64,000 nucleotides of DNA, from NCBI GenBank assembly GCA_030390025.1, contig CM059433.1, positions 22,694,001 through 22,758,000 of the forward strand, read 5' to 3'. Positions 35,411 through 49,900 of this stretch are shown here, in pieces; the stretch's first letter is position 1; every line of letters starts with the position of its first letter. Both the position numbers and the translations under genes were made by a program. Source of the DNA: Squalus acanthias. Its lineage: Eukaryota. The notes beneath the pieces were generated by a model that saw nothing but the letters and a program-made list of their open reading frames with translations, was not told the origin of the DNA and did not search any database.

Positions 35411-38400
35411 TCTCAGGGGGAAAGAAATGACAGTGTCATAATATCTAAAAAATACTCGAAGTAAAAGATTGAATGGAGTTTTTCAAATAAGTATATTATT
35501 ATAAAGGCTTGGAAAACATCATTTAAATTCTGTTTTTTTTTAAATTAGAGATGAAGCCAACAGAGATAATTCCAGCATATCAAGTAGATGAGAGGAATGT
35601 TGTGCGTTAAGGTTTCTGTCTGCAAACACTTGATTGTGTCTGACAGGCAATTAATTTTACATGAAAGTTGGTTGGGATGCACTGTCTTAAACATGAATTT
35701 GTCACGCTGTTATAAAAATATAGTGAGGCAATATTTTAGCAGGGACTAGGAACAGAATTAAAAATTCATTCTGTTGTTTTTTGGTTCCAGAGATGGGTTG
35801 ACAGAATATGATTAGTGACAGTTCTATCACAGGCTCACCAACCCAAACACGCAGATAATTTAATCCATCTGGACTGTGCAGAACAGGTGACTTTTGAGAA
35901 AATGGAGTCAAATGCCACTTCAGGAGACATCAGTTACTTAATTTGTGATTTACTGCACAATGTATTGCTGTTTCTAGCCCCTGTGAGTGACTGAGAAATT
36001 CTTCCAGAAGATACTTGAACGTGATCTGAACATATTTTTTTTTGCTGTCATGGTGAAGCAATGTAGCAATTATAGTAATTGTAAATGTTAGATAGAATTC
36101 AGAATTTCATATCAACAAATTGTGTAAATATTAATGAAAAGCAGCCAGAAGACCACATAGAAGTAAAGAAGAGTGGAACCGTACTACATTATTAAAGCAT
36201 CTCAGAGGAAAACTGTACAAAATGGACCAATCTAAACAAGATAACTTAAGTTTCTTTATTACTGCTAAATGAATTCCATATACAATTCTGATAGATCCGT
36301 GTGATTAATATACTGTATAGAATGAAAAGATAAGATTATAATTCTAGCTTGGTGGATGCTTAGGGCAATGACCTCATGTGGATAGTTATTTCTTTTTCCG
36401 AGCACCATACGATAATGACATAGCATATGCATTTAAAGACAATCCCTTAATATCAATTTGGGAACAAACATTTAGAGGCTTTCCCTTAAAAAAATCAGGC
36501 TCTGACAATGTATGGATTAGGCAGAACCAGCAAGAATCAGACCTGCGTATGGTACAAGATGTCCAGAGGCAAATTGTATGTAGCCCAGAAACTTATATTT
36601 GGTTCAAATCTGGCTGAAATTTTAAGGAACCGATCAAAACACTTACTTCACGGAGTCTCAGTACATCCCTGAAATAATTTTCACCTTCATTCAGCCATTG
36701 TATTGCTTCCTTATTCACCCTATGTCGTTCTTGTTTTTCTTTCACCCTTACCTGTTTATTTGTTTCATTTAATTTTCCCTACCTGGAATGTTCCTCTACC
36801 AAAGCCATTCCCACTCATTTATTTCTTTATGCCATCCCCAGTGCCATTTCTCCTGTTTACTTGCTGCGGGAAACACACCTGCTCTATTATTTATTTATTA
36901 CCCTCTCCCTGGACTCATTTCTGATCCATTATTTATTTCCTTGGAGATGTTCTTGATCACTTATTTATTCCTACCCCAACACAATGTGAACAATACCATG
37001 GGCAACGTGTTATCTATTAATACAGTAAAAATCTTACTTCTGCACACATTTCCTGTCAACTTTTTCGATTATAAACTTCTATATTCACATTTATAATAGA
37101 AACTGTCTATGTAAACTTGTCACGTTGCAATTGCACCCTCCTGCCAATGGAATGCCGCGGTACGATAAGCTCACATTTTCATTATAAATGTGGATCTAGG
37201 AATTTATGATGGAATTATGTAAATAAGGACAGACTTTAAAATGAAAGAAAAGAACGAACAAATTTCCATTCATAGAACGCCTTCCATAATCTCAGGACAC
37301 CCCAAAGCGCTTCACAGTCAATGATAGATTTTTTTGAAGTGTAACCACTATTGTAATGTAGGGAAAGTGGGGATTGAATTACATCTGCTTTCCTGGCCTA
37401 ATTATCTGCCGCCCTCTAACCAACCTCCACCTGAAGACTAGTTTGGTCTTGACTCTTCATGTGTGACACCACAGGGAAGCCACTACTAGTATTTTATAAA
37501 TACGTAATGTCAGTACTACATGGTCCCTTTAAACAGCGCTGGTGAGGGGGCCTTCATTCGGTTGGCATCCCATTCAGCTGAGTGAGGTCAGCACGTGGCG
37601 ACTGAATTGTCAAAATGGTGAGCGGGGCCTGCACACAGCTCAGGACCCCTCATCGACATCATTTATTTGTTGCTTTAAACCCTGCCAGTGTGACGTGAGC
37701 GCTACCTCCTACTGCTGCCATGAAACTCCACAGACAGTCGGAAGTGTGCGTGCACTTCCTGCCCGCCATTTGGGGCCTTAGGTGGCCACGTAGTACCTGA
37801 AAAACGGGCGCTATGTGGCCCAAGTTCTCGGCCGTAGTGTGTTGAATGATATAAAGCTCTTTTCTTTATAGAATATCACCAATTCTCTGTCAGAAATGTC
37901 ACAGGTGATCTGCTTGTTACATTTTTGGGTCTTTACCCTAGATATCTTCTTCTAGTTCAGATTCTCAGACCACCCCTCACTCTCAAGTTTGCCTTTAGGT
38001 GGCCAATGTTTAGGTTACCTGTAACAATGCCCGGGGTCAAACAAAGAGCCCTCTTCACTCTATTTCACCTCACGAGTTATATTGCCTTCACATGATCGTC
38101 CCTTAACTTTGGCAGGCGGTAGAATAAACATGTCACTCGATTGTGTCTTAGGCTATAAACTACTAAATGGATGTATTAAGCATTAAATGGAGAAATAAAC
38201 AGAAGCAATGACACACAGTAGGTTTACGGTTAGTTAAAGGCTCAACTATCTATCCCCAAGGTTAGAAAATAACATATAGCAGCATCTGCTGTGCTAAACT
38301 GCAATATGAACTGAACTAGACACTGGTCCCTGACTTTTACCCTTTATGTGGGTGGGTTTCTTGCGAACTATCCATAGTTTTACCTATCCAATTTTTAGCA

Positions 38401-39351
38401 GACAGGCTGAGAATTTTTTTTTTTTACTTTTTAAATGTTTGTACTCATCAGGGTGAGGGATATTAGTGCTGGGGAATGGAACTCTTCCATTTCAGACACC
38501 CAAGAGGCGATTTTAACCTAGCCCATCTGGTGGCAACTGTGTGGGTGGGCAGTTAAAATCACCCCGGCACTTACCCGCTAAGGTCTCGCACTCTTCCCAC
38601 AGCTTCCGATTTTAACCCACTCTTCTGAGCAGGCGAGAGGGACATCAACCAGAAACCAGTGGGGGCCAACTGCTATTTTAACCAAAGTCTACGCGGGAAG
38701 CCGCTGCGGCTTCCCCACCAGGCCAAACTAGCAAGAAGAGGAGTCGGAGCTAGAAGATTCACCAAAAGGTAAGTGTTTTTAGTTTTTTGGGGATTTTTAT
38801 GGTGGGGCCAGGGGCAGCAGGAGTGCTCCTCTTGGCCACAAAAGGAAAGTTTAGGCCTCCTCTGCTCCAGGCCTCCCCCTCCCCTGACTGCGAGGCCCTC
38901 ACAAACCCCCTCTCAGCAACTTAGCTAAGAGCCGGGGACCATTCCTTCGGGTCCCAACTGCGGCCTCCTGCTGCCCGATATTGTGTTCCTTGCCATCTGC
39001 CAGCTGCTGCTTCCTACCAGTTTCAGGCAGGGGACTGACTGGGCCTATGCAGATAAGGCCCGGGAGGTAAAATGTCCAAGGCCTCACACCTGGGGTGGGA
39101 GTGATTTGCTGCCTGCTTCGGCCCCTATCCCCCAGCCCGACTGCCGCCTACTGTTAAGGGGCTCCAGTGTCAGAATCAACCACCCCTAGATCGGGTATAG
39201 TACAGCTCAATACAGAGTAAAACTCTCACCTCTCTGTCCCAATAGTATGTCTCTGCTCCAACCTTAGAAGAGCACCCTCTTCTCCGCTAATGCAATTTTT
39301 TTTTCCTATTTAAAGAAATGCTTCTATAAACAAAATTACAAGGCCTTAGGT

Positions 39352-39593
39352 AACATAAAACATAGGAACATAGGAACAGGATTAGGCCATTCAGCCCCTT
39401 GAGCTGCTCTGCCATTCAATGAGATCATGGCTGATCTGTACCTCAACTCCATTTATCCACCTTAACTTCTTATCCCTTGATATCCCTGCCTAACAAAAAT
39501 CTATCGATCAGTCTTGAAAGCTCCAATTTTCCCAGAATCCACAGCCTTTTGGGGGAAGAGAATTCCAGATTTATACTACCCTTTGTGTGAAAA
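39352..39593 (-). mobile_element. CR1 3' tail fragment
   Basis: cataggaacataggaacagg...ccattcaatgagatcatggctgatctg. Confidence 0.85.
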
Positions 39594-39737
39594 AGTAAGG
39601 ACATTTAAATATTATTTCCTTGAACGCCAAAAGAGTTTCCAATCAAACATGTATACAAATAAAACCCACTAGATGCTTGTATTTGGTTTGAATGGTTTGG
39701 CCTCTCCTTTGGACACCTGGCCAGATATACCATCTAT

Positions 39738-39883
39738 ACCCTGGATTGTTCTCTGAGCGGATCGGGTACTGTGACCCTGGATTGTTCTCTGAGCAGATCT
39801 GGTACTGTGACCCTGGATTGTTCTCTGAGCGGATCTGGTACTGTGACCCTGGATTGTTCTCTGAGCGGATCTGGTACTGTGAC
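39738..39883. repeat. 36-bp minisatellite x4
   Basis: CCCTGGATTGTTCTCTGAGCGGATCTGGTACTGTGA repeated four times with at most one substitution per unit. Confidence 0.95.
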
Positions 39884-41696
39884 AAGCAGGAAACTGCCAA
39901 TACCGTGATACATTATAGATGAAAACAAACAGCATTTTTGCCACATTGCATAAATATTTTTATTAAGTATTACAGTGTGATCCCAAGAGTCCAGAAGAAT
40001 CATGTTGTATGCATTAAGGCAGAATGGAGGAATATAATAATGTTGACTAGACTAGTGTATAGTGGAGGGCTCTGTCCTTACTATGAAAGAAGCCACATTT
40101 CAACTTAGTAACAGCTTGTATTTGTGGTATCAGGTCACTGACCATCAATTTATCAGGACTGCATAAATATGGGTTCAGTGATGTGGTAATCTAAGAGTTG
40201 CAGAGCACTGGAAAGAATATGTAGGGGCCAAAGATAAAATGATTGCAGAGGCAGAGAGAATGGTCTATTTCTACGTTACCCATTGGAAGTTAGAAGTGAC
40301 GAGCAATGGGGATAAAGTGTCATTTTTACTTTCTAGTGTTAAGGTAAAATATTTGTCTTCTAACATGGCAACAGCACTAAGAGCGCACGAAAGGACAATG
40401 TAACATTAAAGGTCATCAAAAATGAAACTATTATGAATTTTTCAAATATGAGCTTAAACACTTCACAAGCAACATTTTTTCTCAGACTAGCAAATTAAAT
40501 ACAAGGGAGTGAAACAGTAGATTAAATGGTTGAGCACTTGGATCTGGCAAGAGGACTGTAACTCTGAGTTCCAGGGATACCTCAAATTGGGAGGCCTCCC
40601 ACAGAGATGGACTATTATATGGAGAAGAGAGAATTCCATCCTGGTGGAAGGAAAAACTTCAGATTTTGGAGCCGAATTGGATAATATTGCCTGTTGGACA
40701 ATCAGACAGTGGAACTAATGGTGGCCATGGAAAACTCCATGACCTCAGCCACAGTCCCTTCCAGCTTGGGAATGGAGAAAATAAAAGAAAATGAGGCGGC
40801 AAAATAAATTAACAGTGAACGGAAAATAAGGCAGGCTTTGTTTCATAGCACTGTGAGTAATACAGGATGTTTCCGGCGGTATAACAGCACATATAATCAG
40901 AGTAATGGTCATTTTCAATTTAATCAGTCATACAGGTATAGGTTGTTGTTCATTGCTTGATTGTGGTGTCATTTTCAATCTGTACACAATATATTGCCAC
41001 TCAGTACAGAATGTTAATGCATTATTCTGTGGAAATTGGTTGGGTACAGGTATGGCAGCCAAGAGGATGATGCAGTGAGTGGTAGTTCATCATTCTGCAG
41101 TATTGTGGATGTTGATTGGCCATTATTGCATATCCTAGGGGAAAAAAAATAGCTGCACTGACAACCTTTCCATATGAAAATTGTTTTACAGCAAGTAATA
41201 AAGATAAACGCAATATACATATGGATATTTACACATAATGGAGAGAAATAAGTTCTATAACGTAGAATTTTGTTGATACAGACCTTAAATGGAACAAATG
41301 TTTTCCTTGATTCAAACAGAAACTCCATTATAGTGAGCAGACAAGCTTTGTCCTCAATGAGATAAATCCCTGATCAGAAGGAATCATTGTCTGCTTCATA
41401 TGGGTTTGTTCTAATGATGCTCAACTGTATGTGAATCTTGAAGCTATTCTGATGTGTCATTGTAGTGATATACAGCTAATATGGGAGACTCATCAGAACA
41501 ATTATTGATGATGAGATTTAGATCTACATTTAGTAGACTGTGGCTGTTATTTTAATCTATATATATATATTCAATATTAACTAGAAATCTTCTTCTGGCA
41601 TTCTTTTAAGATAAGTCATAAAACCTATAAATACTAAGATAGAAAGATGATGTAAAATATATATTTTCTGTACAGCATGGTTACCATTCATCTCTA

Positions 41697-42281
41697 TAGC
41701 ACTTGTATAAAACACAAGTTTGGCCACAGCTAGAGTACTGCGTGCAGTTCTGGTCACCACGTTACAGGAAAAAGATGTGATTGCACTAGAGAGGGTGCAG
41801 AGGATATTTACGAGGATGTTGCCAGGACTGGAGAATTTTAGCTATGAGGAAAGATTGGATAGGCTGGGGTTGTTTTCTTTGGAACAGAGGAGGCTGAGGA
41901 GAGACTTAATTGAAGTGTATAAAATTATGAGGGGTCTAGATAGAGTGGATAGGAAGGACCTATTTTCCCTAGCAGAGAGGTCAATAACCAGGAGGCATAG
42001 ATTTAAAGTAACTGGTAGAAGGATTAGAGGGGAGTTGAGGAGAACCTTTTTCACCCAGAGGGTGGTGGGGGTCTGGAACTCACTGCCTGAAAGGGTGGTA
42101 GAGGCAGAAACCCTTATTTCATTTAAAAAGTACTTGGACATGCACTTGAAGTGCCGTAACCTACAGGGCTACGGACCAAGAGCTGGAATGTGGGATTAGG
42201 CTGGATAGCTCTTTCTCGGCAGGCACAGACAGGATGGGCTGGATGGCCTCCTTCTGTGCCGTAAATTTCTATGATTCTATG
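41697..42281 (+). mobile_element. CR1 LINE 3' fragment
   Basis: ORF 41720-42199 with LERVQR.FTRMLPGL...FFTQRVVGVWNSLP; tail ctatgattctatga. Confidence 0.93.
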
Positions 42282-42377
42282 AAATAAGGAATAGAAATAA
42301 TGACTTAGAATTGCAATCGTGCCCGAAAACGGGCACGCAGGAGGCGCACTGTACCCATCGGTCCACATGGTCGCAGG

Positions 42378-42914
42378 TGTGGAAGTGCATTTTGTCTCGG
42401 ACACAAAATGGCTTCCTAGACACAAAGAGTGATCCAAAATGGCCGACTCTGACTTGTTTGGGAAAAAAAGATAAAGTTGTTATGTTTCTCATGAAAATGA
42501 ATTTAAACTTGCAGACTATGCTGTCAGCAAAGTCTGCTGGCACAGAGAAAAAAAGGCTTCTTCTAATCAACTTGAGATAACCAAGGGCTAGTGAAGTAAA
42601 CAGCCAGATGCCTTGGCCTTGGTGGAAGAAGAAGAACAGACAAACAGACTCCATTTTGTAGAGATTAGCTAGTCTCATTGTAAGGCATTTCTTATGTGTT
42701 TTAACTCGTAACTTAGCTTACCTTAAACAACATGTCATGTGATATGGGAAGCTTGTGTTTTCAGTGTATAAGATCTTCCATTTTCTGTGATTCTTCAGTG
42801 TGTCATCGTAGCTATTTGGTTACGGTTGCATTCTCCTTGCAAGTAAAGTAAATAATAAAGCCTTCTTTGACGATATTGTTTCAAGATTCTTACTCGGAAG
42901 TCGAAACTTCGACA
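42378..42914 (+). repeat. ERV-A 5' LTR (537 bp)
   Basis: TG...CA termini, AATAAA near 42854, followed by PBS; its pieces recur at ~51812-51929 (inverted) and 53054-53158. Confidence 0.9.
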
Positions 42915-42922
42915 GTATTTCT

Positions 42923-42940
42923 TGGAGGTCCCACCGAGAT
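42923..42940 (+). promoter_or_regulatory. Primer-binding site, tRNA-Gln (TGGAGGTCCCACCGAGAT)
   Basis: 18-nt complement of the vertebrate tRNA-Gln 3' end (...AUCUCGGUGGGACCUCCA), 8 nt after the LTR. Confidence 0.9.
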
Positions 42941-43662
42941 CGCTTGCTACCTTTCGGTAAGTCACGGACAAAAGACACCATGAATTTCTAGTGACAAATC
43001 CTGAATGGCCACAGTGATGTTTTATCACAAAAAAAAGGATTTCTCATTAGATACTGAATTGGTGTAGTCTGTTTCTTCCGACAGGAGTACTGCGATTGTT
43101 AAGACTCGTGTTTTAGATTTGAGTTGAATCTTGTAACTTTTGCTTTTTTAACATAAAAAAAAAAAGGGAGGAGGATGCTGACAGCTCAAGTTTCAAAACT
43201 ATCGGGCAAAGGAGGCAAGGGAAAAAGTCAACAGGGTTGTATCCCGGACTGAGTAAAGGTACCAGGTTATGAGAAAGCGCTAAAAGATTAAAACTGCAGT
43301 ATCAAGGGTGGGCCCCTTGAGCCGTGAAAGAAGAAAAAAAAGAATCTCGCGGCAGAAAGGTTTAGATAAGAAACTTTCGTTTAGAGTATAAGTTAAATGT
43401 TAAGGACTCAGTTTGTAGTGGAGAACAATGCAAAACTGAGAATTGACTATTTGTTTAGTTTAAAGTATAAGGTTAAATGTTTGATTACTTGATTTGTTTG
43501 CCTGTTTGGGCTTTTACATCTTACTTATAATTGTCTTGATTGTTGTTAGTTCTTGTTATTGTCTGGTAGAACTTTGGATGGTCAGAAATAATCGTAAGGG
43601 GGTAAAGGGTGAAACTTGTGATTTAGAAGAAGAGTGCCTAGTATAATTAATACTTTACTAAG

Positions 43663-44180
43663 ATGGGAGCTTCACAGAGTAAGATCCCAGAAAAAGGAAC
43701 TCCAGCTTTTTACATCTTCCAGAACTGTGGTCGGACATCCACAAGGGATTTGTCTGATTGGTCTAAATGGACCAAGAATGACAAACACCCATTCCCTATT
43801 GATGGAACTTTTAACCTAGACAGAATTACATGTCTAGATTCCTGTCTCGCAAATAGAGACCCACAAAGAAAAGGTAAAAAGTCAGTAAATTGGTCAGCCT
43901 TTTCAGACTGGAAAAAGGAAGCAGAAAGGCGTAGTATACAAGCCAGTAGATCTAGCATTAAAAATAAGAGAAAAGACCCCGTGAGTAAATTGGCTAAACA
44001 AGATGAAGTTAGACAAATGACTTTAAGAATAGAAGCAATTATGGGGCAGCATTCTGGAATGACCAAAGAAAATTACCAGATTCCTTTAATCAATGCCCTC
44101 GTAAATGGTCTCAGAACAGAACTTAAAGAACCACTGACTTTAGTCTGCCTAGATTGGAGACATAAAACAACTCCTGAATT
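43663..44180 (+). pseudogene. gag: ERV-A gag, internally deleted (MA fused to a probable CA C-terminal piece)
   Basis: MGASQS myristoylation-type start, W.KWTK...FPIDGTF matrix motif, then RIEAIMGQHSG...INALVNGL. Confidence 0.8.
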
Positions 44181-44427
44181 GACATCTCACAATCGGCTCT
44201 TGACTAATCTAGCTAGTTCTTATTGCTCTCTCAACTTGGGCATTAGTTAGTAGGGAGTCTTGAAGATTTCTCCCTTCTAATAGTCCATTCCAGTGTTCCA
44301 ATTCTGCCCCGCCTGGGGTATCCTCTGTTTCTTCTATCTTCCTGATGTTACCCCGCCTGGGGTCTCCTCTACATTGCTTCAGATCTTCTCTTTCGGTGTG
44401 CTCAATTAATTTGTTAGTGCTGGTTAG

Positions 44428-44994
44428 TGTCGAAGTTTTACATGCCGAGTAGAACTAATTTAAACATAGAATCGTGTCAAAGAAGGCTTTTTAATAAAGT
44501 TTACTTGTTACAAGGGAAGGTTCTGACACAGTCAAGTTGCTATGTCAGAATGCTTCGAATCTTACAAGATTTGAACATACTTTATACAAAAAAAACACAG
44601 AACAGGCCATATGACATAGCATTAAACATCCTATTAATGAGGCACAAACTTGTGAGTTATTGCATAGGTTTTCGTTATAATAACGAGCAGAAATTCCTTA
44701 AAGATCAGATAACCAGACCTTCCTTGTGGGATCCGTTTGTTCAATGTTCATTCTCTAATCTGTGGGTTGATGGCTTACCTTATCTCATCCTGAGCTGGTT
44801 AGAACTAATTGATGCCTTATTTTTCTAAGCTTTTCTTAGATAAGGAATTCTGAGTTGTCACCTCCTTGTAGCTAATTAGAATGATTTACTTATTATGGTG
44901 ACTCCTACTGTCGACCATTTTGAATTCCCTTTTTAAATTATTTTCTCAGAGAAGCCATTTTGTTTGTGTCTTAAAAGTAAACTGCACTTCCACA
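44428..44994 (-). repeat. ERV-B 3' LTR (567 bp)
   Basis: Preceded on the minus strand by the polypurine tract AGAAAGGACAAAAGGGGAAAA (44995-45015). Confidence 0.93.
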
Positions 44995-45701
44995 TTTTCC
45001 CCTTTTGTCCTTTCTAGGACAACATAGCTTTCTCCTATCGGTCCTTATACTAACTTAAAATCTAGTCAAGGATACCGACTTCTTTTCTGTTTGTAACCAT
45101 CCCCGGGATATACCTGTATTGATGGTTGACCTTATCTAAGATCGTCCTTCTTCTCTGTCTATTCTCGGTGTTTGGGCGTATGTTCCTGTAGGGGTTTTAG
45201 TTGTGTTTTGGTGACTGTGGCGTACTTTTGTGGTTCATTAGTCTGCTGTTCTCTAACTTTTCCTGCAGCTTATACTAGCCTGCAGTTCGGGTGTTGCTAT
45301 ACACCCTCTAAGGAGATAGGGTACAGCAGTTCATAGAGGAGTTCTAAGTCATGGCCCACACAGTTTATGCCTAACCTGTGGGGTTCTCCTAGGGGACTGC
45401 AGCTTATAGAGGAGGACTGATTCATGACCCACACAGTTTATACCTAACCTGTGGGGTTCTCCTAAGCACAAGTGCTTCTACGTGAGCCTCCAGAGTGCGG
45501 ACCAAGTGGTATACAAGGTCGACATCACCGGCAGTTGAAAGGAGTCCTCTCTCTTTCCCTAGCCTGCAGATCCCATTTGGGTGGAAGAATATTTTTACCG
45601 AAAGATATATGTATATCTTGTCTAGGTTGTCTAATCCTTAAAATTGTATTTTATTCAATCGCCTCAGTTCCTCCCCGAAGGGACCATACTTTTCTTCTTC
45701 G

Positions 45702-46154
45702 TCATTTATTTCTTTCTGTATCATTGGTAAGGGCTAGAAAAGGAGGTACTTTCGTATAATCATACGTCGGCTTGTACCATCCCTTAAAATTTTCTAACGA
45801 ATATCCTCCCCCCTTAAACTCGTTTCTTAGGCTAGACCACTTTTGTTCCCATTTATTTCCGAAGGTGGATAGGGTGGTATTTTTCTGTTTCGTATGATTT
45901 TTATTAATTATCCATTCTGCCATATCTGTGAGGTTCAAGGGTATCGGTCGCAGAGGTATTCCTCCTTTCACATGGGTAGGAATATGGCTACATACCCAAC
46001 AGGCGTTTATCCCACTTTTTTTGGCATACTTATATGACATATACAAAAAAGTGCTCATATGTAATTCTCGTTTCTTTCGGGGTTCTTTTCTTCTCCCTTG
46101 GCAGGCTATACATATCAGTCCGATTAGTAGGTAAAACGTAAATAACAGCTTCAT
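45702..46154 (-). pseudogene. env: ERV-B env N-terminus (truncated SU)
   Basis: Hydrophobic signal peptide MKLLFTFYLLIGLICIAC, CWVC (CxxC) motif, located right after integrase; no TM domain seen. Confidence 0.85.
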
Positions 46155-46179
46155 TATTTAAGTCTTTTCAAATTCAAAT

Positions 46180-46931
46180 TCAACTGTCCTTATCTGATAC
46201 TTTCTTGCAATGGGATGCGTGGATCCAAGTAGGTCTTTCCTTGACCTTTACAGCTGTATTTGTTGTCAAGAGTACTTGATATGGCCCTTCAAAGCGTGGC
46301 TGCAGACCATTCTTCCTCTTAAAGACCTTTATGTAGACGTCATCTCCTGGTTCCAAATTATGGCACTTTCCTTCGGCCGGTTCCGTTTGAGCTTCCTTTA
46401 CCTGTTGGTGAAAGCTGGAAATACATCTAGTTAATGCAATGCAATAGTTTAGCATATTTTCATCCATTTTATGAATGTCCATTTGTTTAACCGTAAAGGG
46501 TGCTGAGAATGGCAGCCTTTGGGGCCGTCCCATAACAATCTCATGTGGCGACAGTCCAGTTGTCCTGTTAGTTGCTGCTCGCATTATCATCAATGCTAAG
46601 GGTAACAGTTCAACCCATTTTAGTCCAGTTTCATTGCAAAGTTTAGAAAGTTTATTCTTCAGCGTTCCGTTATATCTTTCTACTAGTCTTGCGGATGATA
46701 ACTGCAGTGGAAATGCTGATTAATCTGCAAAGCCTTACATAGTTCCTTTATGATCATTCCAGTAAAATGTGATCTGTTGTCGCATGAAAGTTGCATAGGT
46801 ATTCCAACCCTTGGTATGATTTCTTTTAGCAAACACTTCGCAACTGTTACAGCATCATTCTTTTTACATGGAAAAGCTTCAACCCATCTTGAAAACATAT
46901 CTATGATTACCAACACGTATAAGTCCTTCAA
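46180..46931 (-). pseudogene. pol: ERV-B integrase (frameshifted)
   Basis: YVLVIIDMFSRWVEAFP...SCDN.SHF...CSYHPQ / VERYNGTLK...[13 protein letters not shown]...[21 protein letters not shown]...WIHASHCK. Confidence 0.95.
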
Positions 46932-49900
46932 ATTTAAATTTTTTTTTTTACTTTTTTTTTTCTATTACCCCCCACCCTGTGTTGTTTTGCATTTTACGAT
47001 TCCCTTATCACTTCTATTTGTCTTTTGATGCTTGATATTCAACCTTGCTGGCATTTCTGCTATCTATTCCTGGCTGCATGTTGTCAGTTTCTGTTCTAAG
47101 AATTAAAACCCATCTTTGAATCTAACATCTATTTCTTACAATTCCCTTCTTTGAGAAGGAAATAACCCTTATTGACTTCTCACAATCGGCTCTTGACTAA
47201 TCTAGCTAGTTCTTATTGCTCTCTCTCAACTTGGGCGTTAGTTAGTAGGGAGTCTTGAAGATTTCTCCCTTCTAATAGTCCATTCCGGTGTTCCAATTCT
47301 ACCCCGCCTGGGGTATCCTCTGTTTCTTCTATCTTCCTGATTTCAAGCAACATTACAGTTTAACATCTAATCAACAAATCATGGACTTAAAAGATTCTCC
47401 AGATCTCTCTTTTACTCATATCCATCTTGTGGATAATTCTTACTAAACATGATTTCTCCTTAGCCCTCAATTGTCCCAATTCAGATTCCAGGTAACTCTC
47501 CACTTCAACTTCAATTTCAATCCTTCTAACAGGTACCAGTGTGTTTAATTCTATTCTGATTGTTTCATTAATTAGATAGTTTCTCGATGGAGTATGTGTC
47601 AATGCTTTAAAAGTTGTCTCGCTCTCCTGAGCCACATTAACCATTTCATGTCTTGCTGTTGTCCAGTAACTGAGCATGTCTGAGACCCGTTCTTCAGTGC
47701 AGATTCACCATACATTCCCAGATGGTAATCGCTTCATACGTAACAAATCACATTTGCACACTCATACTGGTATCTCAATATCATGCCACATGTGCCTTTC
47801 TCGGGCTTTCAGGTATCTTATCAAAAGATTGTCTTTGTTCATCTTCCTCTGCATGGTCCCGATATCTTGGATAGTGGCCAGGCTATCAAATTCAGTTTTC
47901 TTAAAAGTTCATTATAGGCAGGGACACAAATGTCTCCAAGAGAAAGCTATCAATTTACTATTCTTAATTGCACTTTCCTGACTTTCACTAGCAAGTTTTT
48001 AAAATTCCCATTCAGCAGTGTAATTTCTCCTGTTTCAATTTTATACATCCCATTAATTACCATTCATATCTCATTCATGAGCCCTGGAGTAACTTTACTG
48101 TCCAGTACAATATTTAAGATTGAAAACATAGATCAAACATTCTCACTAGGTCCAAGTTACTAACACTTTTTATTTATCATTATTTTAGAGGATCTTTTAT
48201 TTTCCCAAAAGTAACCCAAAATATATCTAGTGCCTGAGTCTATTTTGTTATTACAAAATTATCCCAAAATCCAAACAGCAGTACTGTTGAACTGATTGAC
48301 AAAACCTATGTTCAATTTCATTTCTATCAATTTATCTTCCATTTCCAATTTCAGAAACAAATGATTTCCAGGCTAGGTGGTTTATACAGTGTTTTAACAT
48401 TAGAGACAGAAGTGCTGCAATTAGTTTACAAGGTAACTTCCATATAACAAAAGAAAGAAGAGAATCCATTGTGACTCTGCTTAGAGCCCAAGGGGTTAAT
48501 TTATCAAATCATAATTTTCCTTCTGTCACTGTGGGGAAATATTAACTTAAAATTAATAATGTCCAATATCTTTAAATGTCATACTGAAGTTATTGCTTGA
48601 TGAACTTAATCAGCTGTCAGTGGAAAGGGTTAACTCCTTTGCAGGTTTTTTAAGAAGGTGGAGCAAAACATTATCAGGCGCACGCAATTGCGTCACTTCA
48701 CGTAAATTTAAAAAAAAACTTTCCCGATCCAAAAAAAGCAGTTGTGTTTTCACACTTTAACTGAACACGAACAGAACAGATAAAACAAAACAAAATAGCA
48801 CATGCTTGCAGAACTAGTAGATTACATCATATTTCTTATTGTCCTTTCTTCAGATGTCTTTCCAAAATACTGTAAAAACATTGAATTTAAACAAATCAAA
48901 TCAGAGTGCTTTGGAAGATTTCACCATAGCAACCGCAACTCCAAGGTAAAATCTTAGACCGAAACTTAATCTTTTGTTAAACAAACTTTTTTTTTTGTTG
49001 TTCTTCTCAGTTTTTACACACCAGCTTAACTTAAATTGTAATTCAAATTAGTTTTTTTTTCTCTCTGGCACAATGCTTTCCTTGCAAAGTCTGATATAAG
49101 ATTCCTGTCTATCCCTGACAGTAAAGGCGAATTTCCTTGTGATTCCTCTGCCAATGGTATGGACCAGAACCCGTTCTGTATCCAAGACTGTACATATTTC
49201 AAAATCTGGTTTCAGACCATTAAATATCTTATTCAATGCGGTCTACACAAATTTACACCAACCAGAATTTCACCGTGCACAATGAAAGTCTGGTTTTTAA
49301 TAGGTTAATTAACCTCAATAATTCCAATTCAATCCAGATCAATTTTTTTTAAACTAACCAGTGTCAGTTAGAAAAGAAAGAACCCATCGTCACATTAACA
49401 AAGAAACAAATACCATGCCTTGTAAACATTCAAATTAATTGTCATTTTCTTTCCAGGCACATTGGCAACTGTGACTTCAAGGCTGAAGCTTATACCTCTT
49501 TTGTAAAACAATTAACAAACTTAAAACAACACACTTGTCTGTCATTCAAGACAGGTCTTCAAAGAGTTAAAAACAGCTTTTAGCTCTCTGTACAAAAGAG
49601 TGGGTGGAGCTAAAACATAAACAAACTGACAGACACCTTAGGTAGATTTTTTTTTTCCAGGGACAAAATAATACTGTAACTTAACAAACTTAAACATTCA
49701 CACAATCAGGAATTTTTTTCACACTTTTCACACAACTGAGATCCCAGTATTCCTTTTAAGATTCCTTTCACTCAACAAATCTTGTATATTAGCTTTTTAT
49801 CTCGGCACAGACATTAATAACTTCCATGCCGGTAAAACTTTTCTCAGCAGCTTTTCCTGGCTTTCCAAATCCCTTCTTTTTTTTTGCTTTGAGTTTCAGA

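Noticed and set aside
39738..39883. 36-bp repeats as a CRISPR array
   Set aside because: Units are head-to-tail with no spacers, and the context is eukaryotic
31256..41328. Faint resemblance of short minus-strand peptides (SYGKVV, SPDGLN, ASTKTVEKG) to CATSPERB
   Set aside because: Matches are a few residues long, out of collinear order, and lack convincing splice sites
44427..44828. Duplicated 133/149-aa ORF (also 50881-51330) as an accessory gene
   Set aside because: Antisense to the provirus, inside the LTR, with a non-ATG start; duplicated only because the LTRs are
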